Assembly (NCBI RefSeq): GCF_028641065.1
Contig: NC_073410.1
Span: 4,278,001-4,342,000 of the forward strand
Source of the DNA: Leucoraja erinacea
Lineage: Eukaryota
Direction: 5' to 3'
DNA length: 64,000 bases
Positions 1 to 11,485 of this stretch are shown one piece after another. Made by a program: the position numbers and the translations under genes. The notes beneath the pieces are model-generated. The model did not search any database. It was given only the letters and a program-made list of their open reading frames with translations, and was not told the origin of the DNA. Positions within the stretch are counted from its first letter, which is position 1. Every line of letters starts with the position of its first letter.

Positions 1-534
1 TCAACTTTTTATTGTGTTATGCATGAGTGCTGAGTTATGCTGCTGCAAAAGTCTGAAAGGTCTCGACCTGAATCAACACCCATTCCTTCTCCTCAGAGTG
101 ACCTGCCCCGCTGAGTCACTCTAGCATTTGTGTCTATCTTCAGAATATCATTGTTCTGTTTTCGGTACATTTGACAATTAAACACTCTTGACATAAATAT
201 GCATGATGTTAATTCATACAAGGCAAAGAAGTTGGATTACTGATTTGTATGCAATTAACTATGTTTAAAGCACAATACGTTTTTGATTGATGCCGTCTCA
301 TGTATACAATACGATAAAACCCGATTCATCCCCGGAGAGCAGTTGGTCTATTAAGGGCCTGTCCCACGATGATTTTTTCAGCGTTGCAGCTATGTTTGTT
401 TTTAAAGTGCCGGCATCATTTTTCACTGGCGTATCAGGTCACTGAAAATTTTGCGGTGTGATGCGGCGTGTCGCAGCGTGATGACATATGATGCGCGGTG
501 CTTTTTCAAGTGTCGCAACATTTTTTTGTCGCCG

Positions 535-723
535 GTAGACAAAAATGCTGGAGAAACTCAGCGGGTGCGAAGGAAATAGGCAACGTTTCAGGTCAGTCTG
601 AAGAAGGGTTTCGACCCGAAACGTTGCCTATTTCCTTCGCTCTATAGATGCAGCCTCACCCGCTGAGTTTCTCCAGCAATTTTGTCTACCTTCGATTTCC
701 CAGCATCTGCAGTTCCTTCTTAA
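535..723. mobile_element. Penelope-like element (PLE) pLTR cassette, inverted + direct arms
   Basis: Inverted arm 535-592 then direct pLTR; 18-bp TSD (517-534 / 724-741, one mismatch). Confidence 0.8.
598..625 (+). ncRNA. Minimal hammerhead ribozyme core in a PLE pLTR
   Basis: CUGAAGA-A-GGGU(UUCG)ACCC-GAAA-C-GUU; all core residues present; stem I only 2-3 bp. Confidence 0.65.
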
Positions 724-2377
724 AACATTTTTTTGGCGCCGCTGGATTTTGAAATGTTCAAAATTCTTTTGATGACACTGATATGACGCCAGCAGTCGCC
801 GAAGAAATCGCCAAGTGGGACAGGCCATTTACACACCACAAAAAAGTTCCAAAGTTGCAGAGATTTACATACAAACAACAAGAACACATGCATGTTTATA
901 ACTTGGCAAATGTTAGAATTTATATCTCAATTATATTTTTACAAAGTCCAACAGATAAAGTCAATGATTTTAAAAATTAGAGAAACTCTTTGACTTTGAG
1001 AAGAGTGCAAAACTCTGGGAGCTTGACAATTCCCACATCTCCCACGATCTTTTCCCAACTCTCCTTGTTTTCAAAGCAAGCAACAAAGCAGATGTTAAAC
1101 AAGGCTATCAACAAAGCCATCATCCAACCTTTTTATTTTGCCTATTCATATTCTCAGCCCTAAAATTAAATGACTCTCACAATAACACACAGAAATCAAT
1201 GCTTCATCCATTGTCATGGTTGAAGGAAGGGATCTAATTAGAAGCAAAGACTGATGGAACAATGATTACAACTCCTAATCCCAAGCACGAGGATTGATAG
1301 CTTTTGAGTAGCACACCAACCCCTTCTTTGATTTTATTCTGTGAACACTCCTTATCTGAGAACTTCAATTTGCATGGCTTCGCTTGCAGGCAGCTCCTAT
1401 GATATGCTAATTGCAGGGTACATTAGTACTAAAAGGTTAACACAAAATCCTTTGCAAACAACCTAATAGTTTATGATAATTTTGTCCTTGCCCTTTGTCA
1501 ATTGCAGTGTTGCCTCTAGCTTCAGTTTTATCAAAGGGTTCTAAAATATATTTTCAACAAATTCACTCATTCATAATTAATCTTTAAATCACTTAACTTA
1601 ATTTAGCTGTTCTGACCTGCTAACAGTCACCAAATTATAGTGTAATTAAACCATTCTCCCTTATGAATATTTCTATTTCAGAATTAAGGAAGAGCTTTCC
1701 ATGCGACAGAACCAGTTCATTGCATTACACCAAAAGTTGGACCACGACGCACTTGTGCGTGGAAAAGTCATTAAAATTATTTAAACCATGAGAGCAGAAA
1801 GCACACATTTCCTGGTTCCTTGCGCAAACACATAATTTTGAAAATACTCATGAAAAAAGTATGGTGATGAGTACACAATTTGCTACAATATGATAAAGTT
1901 ATATAGTTTTTGAGTGTCACTATTCCTTCAAGCCTTAAGGTAATTATATAGTACATGTATTGTGTTTTGACTGCTCTGTTACTTGTGCTGAATAAAAGCT
2001 AGATCAAAACTTTTGAAACGACAACATCCAGATTCAGAGATGAAGACACATTGTTCCATATATTTCCCAAATTAATTGAAGCAGATGCAAAACAAAAAGC
2101 CACATAATTGTATTCATCTTAGTTGCTTTAGTATCAAGGTCGAACTTGCATCAAAAATCATAAAATCACATCAAAAAACCTGCTACTTATATAAATAAAT
2201 TAATGCACAGTTCTGATAGGCAGGTGAGGACCTGCCCAAGAGTATCTGATTCTAAATGATTAATGATGCAAATTGAAGGATTAGCAGAAGAAACCAAGGC
2301 AATGATAGGTTTTCACATGATGATGGAAGATGTCTTTATAGATGTCAAGATGAATCAGCCCAGGTTAATATGAAACA

Positions 2378-2626
2378 ATACAGCACAAGAACAGGCCATT
2401 CAGCCCACAATATCTATATCAAACATGATGTCAAGATAACTGATCTTATCTGCCAACATATGATCCATATCCCTCCATATCCAGTTGCCTATCTAAAACA
2501 CGTCTTAAATGCCAGTATCCTATCACCATTCAGGCAAGGTTCCAGTCACCCGCCATCCTCTCTCTAAAAATCTTGTTGTGTACACCTCCTTTAGACTTTC
2601 TCCCTCTCACCTTAAAAGATATGCCA
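2378..2626 (-). mobile_element. Degenerate CR1/HER1-type LINE 3' fragment
   Basis: Decayed match to the CR1 3' ends found elsewhere in the window. Confidence 0.6.
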
Positions 2627-2953
2627 AAAATGACTTAAAATTGAATTAATTAATCTCTAATGATACACTATAATGTCAAGTCATGTCAAGTTTATTCGTC
2701 ACATACACATACGAGATGTGCAGTGATATGACAAGTGGCAATGCTCGCGGACTTTGTGCAAAAAGACAAACAAACAAACGATAAGCACACTCATAAACAC
2801 ACACATATTCTTTTACATATTAAATATTGGAAGGAAAAACGTTCAGTAAAGTTACTGAACCTAAACATAATGATTAGACATTACCATTTAAGCTTTATCC
2901 AGCTGATAGGTCTTACGCAGCATACGTGTGACCTTAAAACATATATTCTGTTG

Positions 2954-3007
2954 GGGGTGGAAAATTGCAACCTTCACGTGGTCCGCCCTTTCTCAACGAA
3001 TGCAATC
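2954..3007 (+). ncRNA. Minimal HDV-like (CPEB3-type) ribozyme, copy 1
   Basis: P1 GGGGUGG/CCGCCCU, P2 AUUGCA/UGCAAU, P3 ACC/GGU, L3 UUCACGU, J4/2 CGAA (C2997); P1.1 G mutated to U. Confidence 0.8.
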
Positions 3008-3089
3008 AACCCAGCGTGCACAATCAAATAAGATCAAATAGAACAAGTTGTCCTACAACGTTAGGCTGTGCACGCCATACACAAGAAGA
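2954..3089 (+). mobile_element. HDV-like-ribozyme-headed short retroposon, copy 1
   Basis: Starts GGGGTGG, ends aagaaga; ~18-bp TSD 2936-2953 / 3090-3107 (15/18); homologous to three other copies. Confidence 0.85.
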
Positions 3090-3199
3090 AAAATATGTAT
3101 TCTGTTTAGTATTTCAATTTATATATTCAAATAAATAAGTTGTATATACAACTAAGCTTGTTAGGCATTAAATTGAAGAACAAGAACATTTTATGAATG

Positions 3200-3332
3200 T
3201 AGAAACAAAGAACTGCAGGTGCTGGTTTATAAAGAAAATGACACAAAGTGGTGGAATAACTCATCAGGTTGGGCAGCATCTCTGAAGAATATGGATAGGT
3301 GATATTTCAGGTCTGGACTTTTCTACATACTG
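3200..3332 (-). mobile_element. Degenerate PLE pLTR
   Basis: Reverse match to pLTR blocks (gcagcatctctg, gaactgcag.tgctgg). Confidence 0.6.
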
Positions 3333-3959
3333 CTTTACTTGTTAGAAACATGGCCATTACAAAATGTTATCCATCAATCCACAACCTTGATCACATCACC
3401 AAAGTTAGTCATTAATCCTGCTAGATATTTATATTTATTATATCTGTGCATTATATTTACACAAAGGATGAATCTCTCAAAAAAATCTTAGTTAAAAAAT
3501 ACAGAAGAGGCTAAATGAAACTCTTGTCTACCTTCAATATCAACAAAAATGATGCATTATCTATTGCTTCATTATTACCAGCTTTAGAAAATGATATACT
3601 GGCAATTTGAAGAGTCAATTCTGAAAGAAGTACAACAGCAGAAAGCAAGCATAATGAAAATGCCTTTGGCAGCAAATAAATGGCTAGTGGCAATGCCTCT
3701 GGATGTCATATTCCAAAATTCGGTCTGCGTTACTGGTATAAACAGGTTATCTCAGCCATGAAAAAAAAAGTGTTTGTTTATGTTGGGAACTCTTCATTTT
3801 ATTCACGGAGCAGTGCTGCAACGAGTGGAACTGCTGCAAAATATAATTCCCCAGGTTCCGATCCTGATCTCTGGTACTATCTATGTGGAGTTTGCACATT
3901 CACTTTGCAACCCTGTGGGTTACCTCAAGGTGCTACGGTTTCCTCCCACATTCCCAAAT

Positions 3960-4250
3960 AGTAGGGTTGCTGCCTTATAGCGACAGAGACCTGTGTTCAA
4001 TCCTGACTGTGGGTGCTGTCTGTACGGAGTTTGTACGTTCTCCTTGTGACCTGCGTGGGTTTTCTCCGGGATCTCCAGTTTCCGCCCACACTCCAACGAA
4101 GTGCAGGTTTGTAGGTTAATTGGCTTGGTATAATTGTAAATTGGCCCTAGTGTGTGTTGGATGGTGTTAGTGTGCGGGGATCGCTGGTCGGAGCGGATTC
4201 AGTGATCCAAAGAGTCTGGTTCCGTGCTGTATCTCTAAATGAAATGAAAC
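3960..4250 (+). mobile_element. HE1-type tRNA-derived V-SINE, nested in an older copy (~3805-4340)
   Basis: B-box-like gtgttcaatcc, V-domain gtttgtacgttctcc...cccacactcc, tail ctgtatctctaaa. Confidence 0.85.
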
Positions 4251-4340
4251 ATGTGCATTCATAGGTTTTAACCAGACCCTTTCAATTGCCCCTGGTGTTC
4301 AGGTGAGTGGGAAGAATGGGGGAGTTAATGGAAATGAGTA

Positions 4341-4845
4341 AACCATATATAACCATATAACAATTACAGCACGGAAACAGGCCATCTCGGCCCTACAAGT
4401 CCGTGCCAAACACTTATTTTCCCCTAGTCCCATCTACCTGCACTCAGACCATAACCCTCCATTCCTTTCCCATCCATATACTTATCCAATTTATTTTTAA
4501 ATGATAAAATGGAACCTGCCTCCACCACTTCCACTGGAAGCTCATTCCACACTGCTACCACTCTCTGAGTAAAGATGTTCCCCCTCATGTTACCCCTAAA
4601 CTTCTGTCCCTTAATTCTGAAGTCATGTCCTCTTGTTTGAATCTTCCCTACTCTCAATGGGAAAAGCTTATCCACGTCAACTCTGTCTATCCCTCTCATC
4701 ATTTTAAAGACCTCCCATTCAAGTCCCCTCTTAACCTTCTGCGCTCCAATGAATAAAGACCTAACTTATTCAACCTTTCACTGTAACTTAGTTGCTGAAA
4801 CCCAGGCAATATTCTAGTAAATCTCCTCTGTACTCTCTCTATTTT
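4341..4845 (-). mobile_element. CR1/HER1 LINE 3' end (ORF2 C-terminus + tail)
   Basis: ERVQRRFTR...LGLYSLERRRLRGDL...FTQRVVAVWNELP; (GGTTATAT)n tail; same subfamily as 48987-49602. Confidence 0.95.
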
Positions 4846-5614
4846 GTACATGGGTGCTTGATGGCCAGTTCCGATACAATGGGCAGAAGGGCCTGTTTCC
4901 ATATTGTATGACTCTATAATTGCATCGCTTGAAATAACAGATCATGTTTCCACTTAAGTTAACCCTTTGCTATATGGCAAGTTTCTAAATTTAAGGAAAA
5001 AAAAACTTTTGGTAATCCTTCCAGCTGGTAAGACATGCTGGGGAAATTGAAAGGGGAACTAGATTGTCTCAAAACCAGTCTGGGTATGACTCAGCTCACT
5101 TCAAAGGCAGCAGGATTTCTTTTATGAAAAAAAAAAATAGTTCAAAAGTTGTTCCAGTGTACAATTATTAGGTCACCTTTGAAGCTTCATGAGAAAAAGC
5201 TTCAATGAACCTTAAGATAATGTCTCTCCAGGTGCAATACGAAACCACTTAGCAAGGGTATTATTCAATCTTTTGTGCAATGGTTAGCTGCTTATTAAAA
5301 AGTTCACCCACACAAGAGGTCGTGTCCCTCATTAAACCGAAGCAGGTTCCCTGGAAACAATCACAGAATATTTTAACTGTCGGATTTTACATAGAAATGA
5401 TTTCCTGCATATTTATCAGTGACGAATCTTTGGTCCACGAGGAGCCAGACCCCCGAGTTGTAACTTTATCATTCAGACATTCCTGCCAATGGTAAATGGA
5501 TATCTGGAAATCTGTGGACTTTGAGTGTCACTTTGTCCATCTTGCTTTTACACACGTATAATATTGAAGTTCTTCCTTTTAAAACAGCCAGCAGGAATAG
5601 CAGATCAAAGCAGA

Positions 5615-5800
5615 AAGTTGGCGTTTCACCGAACACTTGCGATCAGTCCACAAACGCCTTTTGGATCTCTCGGTTGCTAAACATTTTAACTCCCCTTCCT
5701 ATTTCCATACTGATCTTTTTGTTCCAGTCCTCCTTCACTTTCAGAGTGAGACCACCCCTTCCTCATTTCCATACTGATCTTTTTGTTCCAGTCCTCGAGC
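5615..5800 (+). mobile_element. PLE GIY-YIG endonuclease C-terminal fragment
   Basis: Reads RFTEHLRSVHKRLLDLSVAKHFNSPSYFHTDLF, the Penelope endonuclease RxxEH...HFN...H motif; continues at 6400-6732. Confidence 0.75.
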
Positions 5801-5841
5801 CTGCACTTCAATATGTCAGAGTGATCACCAACTCAATAAAA

Positions 5842-6350
5842 TACTGATCCCCTTAGCCACAAGGGCCACCTCTAACTCCCTCTTAAATATAGCCAATGAA
5901 CTGGCCTCAACTACCCTCTGTGGCAGAGAGTTCCAGAGTTTCACCAGTCTCTGTGTGAAAAAAGTTCTTCTCATTTTTTAAAGGATTTCCCCCTTATCCT
6001 TAAGCTGTGACCCCTTGTCCTGGACTTCCCCAACATCGGGAACAATCATCCTGCATCCAGCCTGTCCAGCCCCTTAAGAATTTTGTAAGTTTCTATAAGA
6101 TCCCTCTCAATCTCGTAAATTCTAGAGAGTATACACCAAGTCTATCCTGTCTTTCATCATAAGACAGTCCTGACATCCCAGGAATCAGTCTGGTGAACCG
6201 TCTCTGCATTTCCTCTATGGCAATAATGTCCTTCCTCAGATTTGGAGACCAAAACTCTTACTCCAGGTGTAGAACCCAATGAAAGCTAACATACCATTCG
6301 CTTTCTTTACTGCCTGCTGCACCTGCATGCCTATCTTCAATGACTGGTTC
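5842..6350 (-). mobile_element. CR1/HER1 LINE fragment lying within a PLE
   Basis: Reverse match to CR1 ORF2 3' region (cf. 27040-27352, 57434-57905). Confidence 0.9.
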
Positions 6351-6399
6351 CCACCCATCTCGCTGGACACGGCCACCATTTAGATAATAATATTCCATT

Positions 6400-6732
6400 G
6401 AGAGAGCCGACAACACAATGGGGTGAACATTGAATTTTCCAATTCTAGGTGACGATAAACCACTTCCCCACCCACCTTCTTCCCCCATTCTTTCCCCCTT
6501 CTATCCACTGTTCCCCATGTGGACACACATCAATTTCTCCTCTTCCACCTGCATTCCTTCCTCTAGCTTCACAGTTTGCTGTCTCGCATTTGGTGTCTTT
6601 CCCTCTCTGGCCATTGTCTAATCATCTGTCTATCAAAGCCCCTCACCAGTATGCATCTATCACCTTATAGTCTTTGTCCTGTCCCTCCCCTCTCCCAGTT
6701 CCCCACCCCGACCACAAACAGTCTGCAGGAGG
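6400..6732 (+). mobile_element. PLE ORF end + pyrimidine-rich 3' region
   Basis: QHNGVNIEFSNSR* (PLE C-terminus GMNIEFSNF-like); ends at a truncated cagtctg core. Confidence 0.6.
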
Positions 6733-6803
6733 AAGCATTATAAATGTTGAAATTTAAATCAAAACCTTTCTGATTAGCTGGATTATTTTAATAGTTATTC
6801 TAA

Positions 6804-6972
6804 AGGGCCTGTCCCACTTGCCGATTTTTTCTGACTGCCGGCATCATTGACTGCGTATCAGGTCGCGGCGCGATGCGGCGTTTTGTGGCGGTGACGCGTG
6901 GCGCTTCCTCAAGTGTCGCTACATTTTTTTGTCGCCGCTGGATTTTGAAATGTTCCAAGTGGGACAGGCCCT
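6804..6972. mobile_element. PIF/Harbinger-type MITE, internally deleted
   Basis: TIRs agggcctgtcccacttg / caagtgggacaggccct; TAA and TTA flanks. Confidence 0.85.
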
Positions 6973-6994
6973 TTACTGTCTAGAGTCATGAGTG

Positions 6995-7121
6995 CAGGAA
7001 GGAACTACAGATGCTGGTTTGAATCGAAAAAAGACACAAAAAGCTGGAGTAATGCAGCAGGTCAGACAGCATCTCTGGAGAAAATGAATAGGTGACATTT
7101 TGGATCGAGACCCATCTTCAC
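6995..7121 (-). mobile_element. PLE pLTR
   Basis: Reverse pLTR with decayed hammerhead core; another at ~7646-7760. Confidence 0.75.
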
Positions 7122-7948
7122 AGTGTTTTATTGTCACAGAACGATGAAATTCTTACTTGCAGCCGCAAAACAGAATATGGAAACATAGTACTCTGCAAAC
7201 AATATAATACATTTTAAAAAGTTCATAAAATATGGTCAGAATAAAACTGTGAATGTAGGCAAAATCATTGCTTGACAGTGAAGGTTATTAGTAATGCGTT
7301 GCAACATCCAGGGGTTAACACAAGTAGGTAACAAAGTTCTTGCACTCATGGCCAGAGATCAAGGAGGGTATTTTCAAAAAACATAGAGCACCAACCTCAC
7401 ATGGCTGGATAATTACAGACAATGAGTAAATGAAAGCAAGGACAATGGGTCAATGAAAGCAAAGGACTATGAAGGTCGGAGCCATGAGAATCTCTGATGG
7501 TGATCTAAAGTCTGCGATGAAGAGACTTGTGTTTATATCAGATTCAGATTCAGATTCAATTTAATTGTCATTGTCAGTGTACAGTACAGAGACAACGAAA
7601 TGCATTGTATACTGGGATTGCCATGATAGCAGGCTGACACCAAAACTGAGACACACGGACCTACAGATGCTAGAATCTTGTGAAAGAATGTTTTGGGGGC
7701 AGCATCTCTGGCAGACATGGTTTGGTACCCTATCTGGTCAGGACCCTTCTTCAGACCAGACCCCCTGAGCCAATGAAGAGTGAATGGTATTTGAAAACAA
7801 TAATAATCAGAAAATCAGAAAGGGCCATGGTGGGCACTTAACATTTTAATTATCGTTGATATAATATAATGAGTAATTTCATTTTGATCCGAGTTACCAT
7901 CTTTCCTATACCTTGGTGTGCAGCGTTAATGCACCTTGTAGATAGTAA

Positions 7949-8262
7949 TGGGGCTGTCCCACTGTACGAGCTAATTCAAGAGTTCTCCCGAGTTTCCCCT
8001 GATTCAAACTCGGAAAATTACGGTAATAGCCGCTCGTAGGTACTCGAGGCTTTCGTGGACATTTTTCAACATGTTGAAAAATCTTCACGAGTCTTCCCGA
8101 GCTTACCACCTTTCCCGAGTACCTGCCATTAGCGTTACAAGCCGCCAAGAGACATCCCGAGCTTGTACACCCGCTACGTACATTCTACGTGCTTACCACG
8201 AGTTTGATTTTTTTTTAACTCGGGAGAGCTCTTGAATTAGCTTGTACAGTGGGACAGCCCCT
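7949..8262. mobile_element. PIF/Harbinger-type MITE, second family
   Basis: ~45-bp TIRs (ggggctgtcccactgtacgagctaattcaagag...); TAA/TTA flanks; internal 22-bp palindrome 8061-8082. Confidence 0.9.
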
Positions 8263-9544
8263 TTATGCGCATAAGGTTGGTATGCTGGCATTGAATGTTT
8301 AGTGGGAATAGGAATGGCAATAGATCTGATTCAATGCAAATTCTTCAATGGTATTAATCAGAGTTTCAGATCCAAAATACAGGACAAGCATTGAGATTGG
8401 GCCAAGACAGAGAAGAACCTGATGCTGAGATGCCTTGATTCTATCTCTGATAAAACAAACACTGAACTCAATGTACTGAGGGAATGGAGAAAGGAGCAAC
8501 AACTAACAAATGTGCAGCTTTGACTTGGGTCTTCTACGCTTGGATAACCAAAGCGTAGGAGAATTTATCAAAGCAGGTATTTCTGACTGTAGCTGATACA
8601 AGTGGGTTATTCTTCCGTCACTATTAGTTGTACAGGTCAAGGACAAAATGTCCTCATAAATACAATACACCATGAATATTATGAAGCTTGAGATGAAATA
8701 AGAGTCAGGAAGAAAGAAATCTAGTGAAGAATTTATTGCATCAGTTGGTGAAAGAGAGCAATTAACAGCCTGTTAATTGGAAATATTGGATTAGGATATG
8801 GAGAAAATGCATTAAAGTTGCCACCAATGTTGTCTCTTTCCATTAAGAAGCTTCAAACACACTGAGGCTACTGGTACTGCTTAGTTGTTTTAAAGCCAGC
8901 TTTCTTTTCGAACCAACCAAAAACATACTCAGATATATGTCAAAGGCAGATTACAAGTTAAGATTAGAGAGGAAAGGCATTAAACTCAGCGTTTGAGGTC
9001 ACTTCTATATACTTCCATCAAAATAGACATCTTATTTATTTTTTGCCGACACACCAGCACAAAGGCAACAACAGCTGTGAAACTTGTAAAGCAGTTGTAA
9101 CAGGGCTGTAAAATCTGCTTCAGGCAACCCCTCCCAATCATTTGGAGTCTGCTATTTATTTCTTTGTAAACACTGTCGTTTACAGACTATCAGGCACCAA
9201 CTCTCTGATATTACTCTTCACTTATGTGAAACTGTCCAGAAACTTAACACGATGACCTTTCTAATGATTCCTGTGCCTAAGATGTGTGCGGTAGCAGCGT
9301 TGCATGTATTTAGAAACATGTCTATTCTGTTGGTTGACATTTTCTTGGAATTTGGGAGGGTTTTTTAATCATACATTGTAAGTACAAATGGAATCTGTCG
9401 GTGTCACATTGAGTGAAAACAGTTTCATGCATCAATTCATTTACAACATTGGGTAATGAGTTAAAGGGCCACGACAGTCTGGGCAAACTGCACTGCAAGA
9501 CAAACGTTCCAGTCTGTAAACCAGAGCTAAATCAAAAGGAAATA

Positions 9545-9790
9545 GTCTGTTCTTCAGTCAGAGGGTGGTGAATCTGTGGAATTATTTGACACAGAAAGCT
9601 GTGGAGGCCAGTCAATGGATATTTTTAAGGCAAAGATAGATAGATTCATGATTAGTATGGGTGTCAAGGGTTCTGAGGCGAAGGCAGGAGAATGGGATTA
9701 GGAGGGAGAGATAGATCAGCCATGATTGAATGGCGGAGCAGACTTGATGGGTCAAATGGACTAATTCTGTTCCTGCCACTTACAAATATA
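9545..9790 (+). mobile_element. CR1/HER1 3' fragment
   Basis: cagagggtggtgaatctgtggaatt...gatcagccatgattgaatggcgg. Confidence 0.85.
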
Positions 9791-9983
9791 TGAAACACGG
9801 ACAGTCAACATTACATCTCCTTTAATGCTGAAAATTGTTCTTAAAATTCAGCTAACAAGAAATCAAAAGTACTGCAAGACTGACATAAAATTCTGTAAAA
9901 AAAGGTCATAGACTGTTCAGCTGGTGCTAGAAGATATGAACAGTTGCACTTTAAGCAAGTACAAGAACTTGGCACAGAGTAGA

Positions 9984-10401
9984 GCAGCACAGTGGCATAG
10001 CGGTAAAGTTGCTGCCTTACAGCGCCAGAGTCCTGGGTTCGATCTTAACTACGGGTGCTATCTGTACAGAGATTATACGTTTTCCCTGTGACCACATGGG
10101 TTTTCTCCAGGTGCTCTGGTTTCCTCCCACACTCCAATGATGTACAGGTTTGAATGGGTTGTGTAGGAAGGAAGAAGGGTCTTAACCCGAAACGTCACCC
10201 ATTCCTTCTCTCCAGAGATGCTACCTGTCCCTCTGAGTTGCTCCAGCATTGTATGTCTATCTCAGGTTTGTAGGTTAATTGGCTTCTGTAAATTGTAAAT
10301 TATGCCTAGTGTATAGAATAATGCTAGTGTACGGGGTGATCACTGGTTGGCGTGGACTCGGTGGGCCGAAGGGCCTGTTTCCATGCTGTATCTCTAAAGT
10401 C
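9984..10401 (+). mobile_element. HE1-type V-SINE carrying a PLE pLTR insertion (~10153-10262)
   Basis: A box tggcatagcggt, B box ggttcgatct, V-domain, tail; caggtttg duplicated around the insert. Confidence 0.85.
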
Positions 10402-10487
10402 TACAACTGGAAATTAAACGTTGTCCTTTCTTGGCCTATCCACCCATAATTACACTGGGTAAAGACATCAAACTATCAGAAATTAAA

Positions 10488-10912
10488 CCAATTGTGGCTA
10501 TTGCTAACTCATCTTCCTATTCCCATGGTGACCTTTCTCTCCTGGACCTCCTCAATTGCCAGATTGAGGCAAACATGAGGAACAACACCTCATATTCTGC
10601 TTGGGTAGCATACAAACCAATGATAGAAACTGTGATTTCTCTAAATTTAGTTAATTACAAAACCCTCCCGCTCACCGTCCCCACAAACCATTATTTAATG
10701 GTCTATAATCTCACTGCCCCTCTGAGCTAACAACTCTCTACATCATCATCTATATCTCTTGTTCCCCTTTCCCCGGACTCTCAGTCAGAAGAAGGGTCTC
10801 GAACCGAAACGTCACCCATTCCTTCTCTCCAGAGATGCTGCCTGTCCCGCTGAGTTACTCCAACAAGTTACTCTTCGGTTTAAACCAGCATCTGCAGTTC
10901 CTTCTGACACAC
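10488..10912 (+). mobile_element. PLE 3' end: GIY-YIG C-terminus + pLTR
   Basis: SSSYSHGDLSLLDLLNCQIEA / EEQHLIFCLGSIQTNDRNCDFSKFS*, followed by the pLTR with a mutated hammerhead core. Confidence 0.8.
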
Positions 10913-10989
10913 TGGTCTAACTCACTCTGAGTAAATAACTTGTGCTCCCTGCTCTGTTCACGCTACACACCCCGGCTGGTTGGGGCTCA

Positions 10990-11485
10990 TTCACATTGTT
11001 CACGTTGGGGACAACTCCATCCAAGACCGCAAGAAATTGCAGAGAAAAGTGAATGCAGCCCAGACCATCACACAAACCAACCTCCCTTCCATGGACTCAA
11101 TTTACAGCTCACACTCCCTCGGCAAGACCACCAGCATAATCAGGAACAAGTCGCACCCCGGCCACTCCCTCTTCTCCCCTCTCCCATTAGGCAAAAGGTA
11201 TAGAAGTGTGAAAACACGCACATCTTCAGATATAGGGACAGTATCTTCCCAGCTGTTATCAGGTAACTGAACCATCCTACCACAACTAGAGAGCAGTGCT
11301 GAACTACTATCTACCTCACTGGAGACCTTCGGACCCATCTTTGATCGGACTTTACTGGACTTTATCTTGCATTAGATGTATCTGTACACTGTGGATGGCC
11401 CAACCGTAATCATGTATTGTCTTTCAGCTGATTGGTTTGTACGCAACAAAAGCTTTACACTGTACACGTGACAATAAACTAAACA
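10990..11485 (+). mobile_element. Rex1/Babar LINE 3' fragment
   Basis: QDRKKLQRKVNAAQTITQTNLPSMDSIY...HPGHSLFSPLPLGKRYRS; tail gtgacaataaactaaac. Confidence 0.85.

Larger units (their letters stand above)
354..828. mobile_element. PIF/Harbinger-type MITE, interrupted by a Penelope cassette
   Basis: TIRs agggcctgtcccac / gtgggacaggccat; TTA on both flanks (351-353, 829-831); related shorter copy at 6804-6972. Confidence 0.85.

Noticed and set aside
5230-5580. Possible minus-strand exons
   Set aside because: Frames are short, hit stops and give no recognisable peptide
9984-10060. tRNA-like A/B boxes here and in other copies
   Set aside because: Heads of HE1-type SINEs, not tRNA genes
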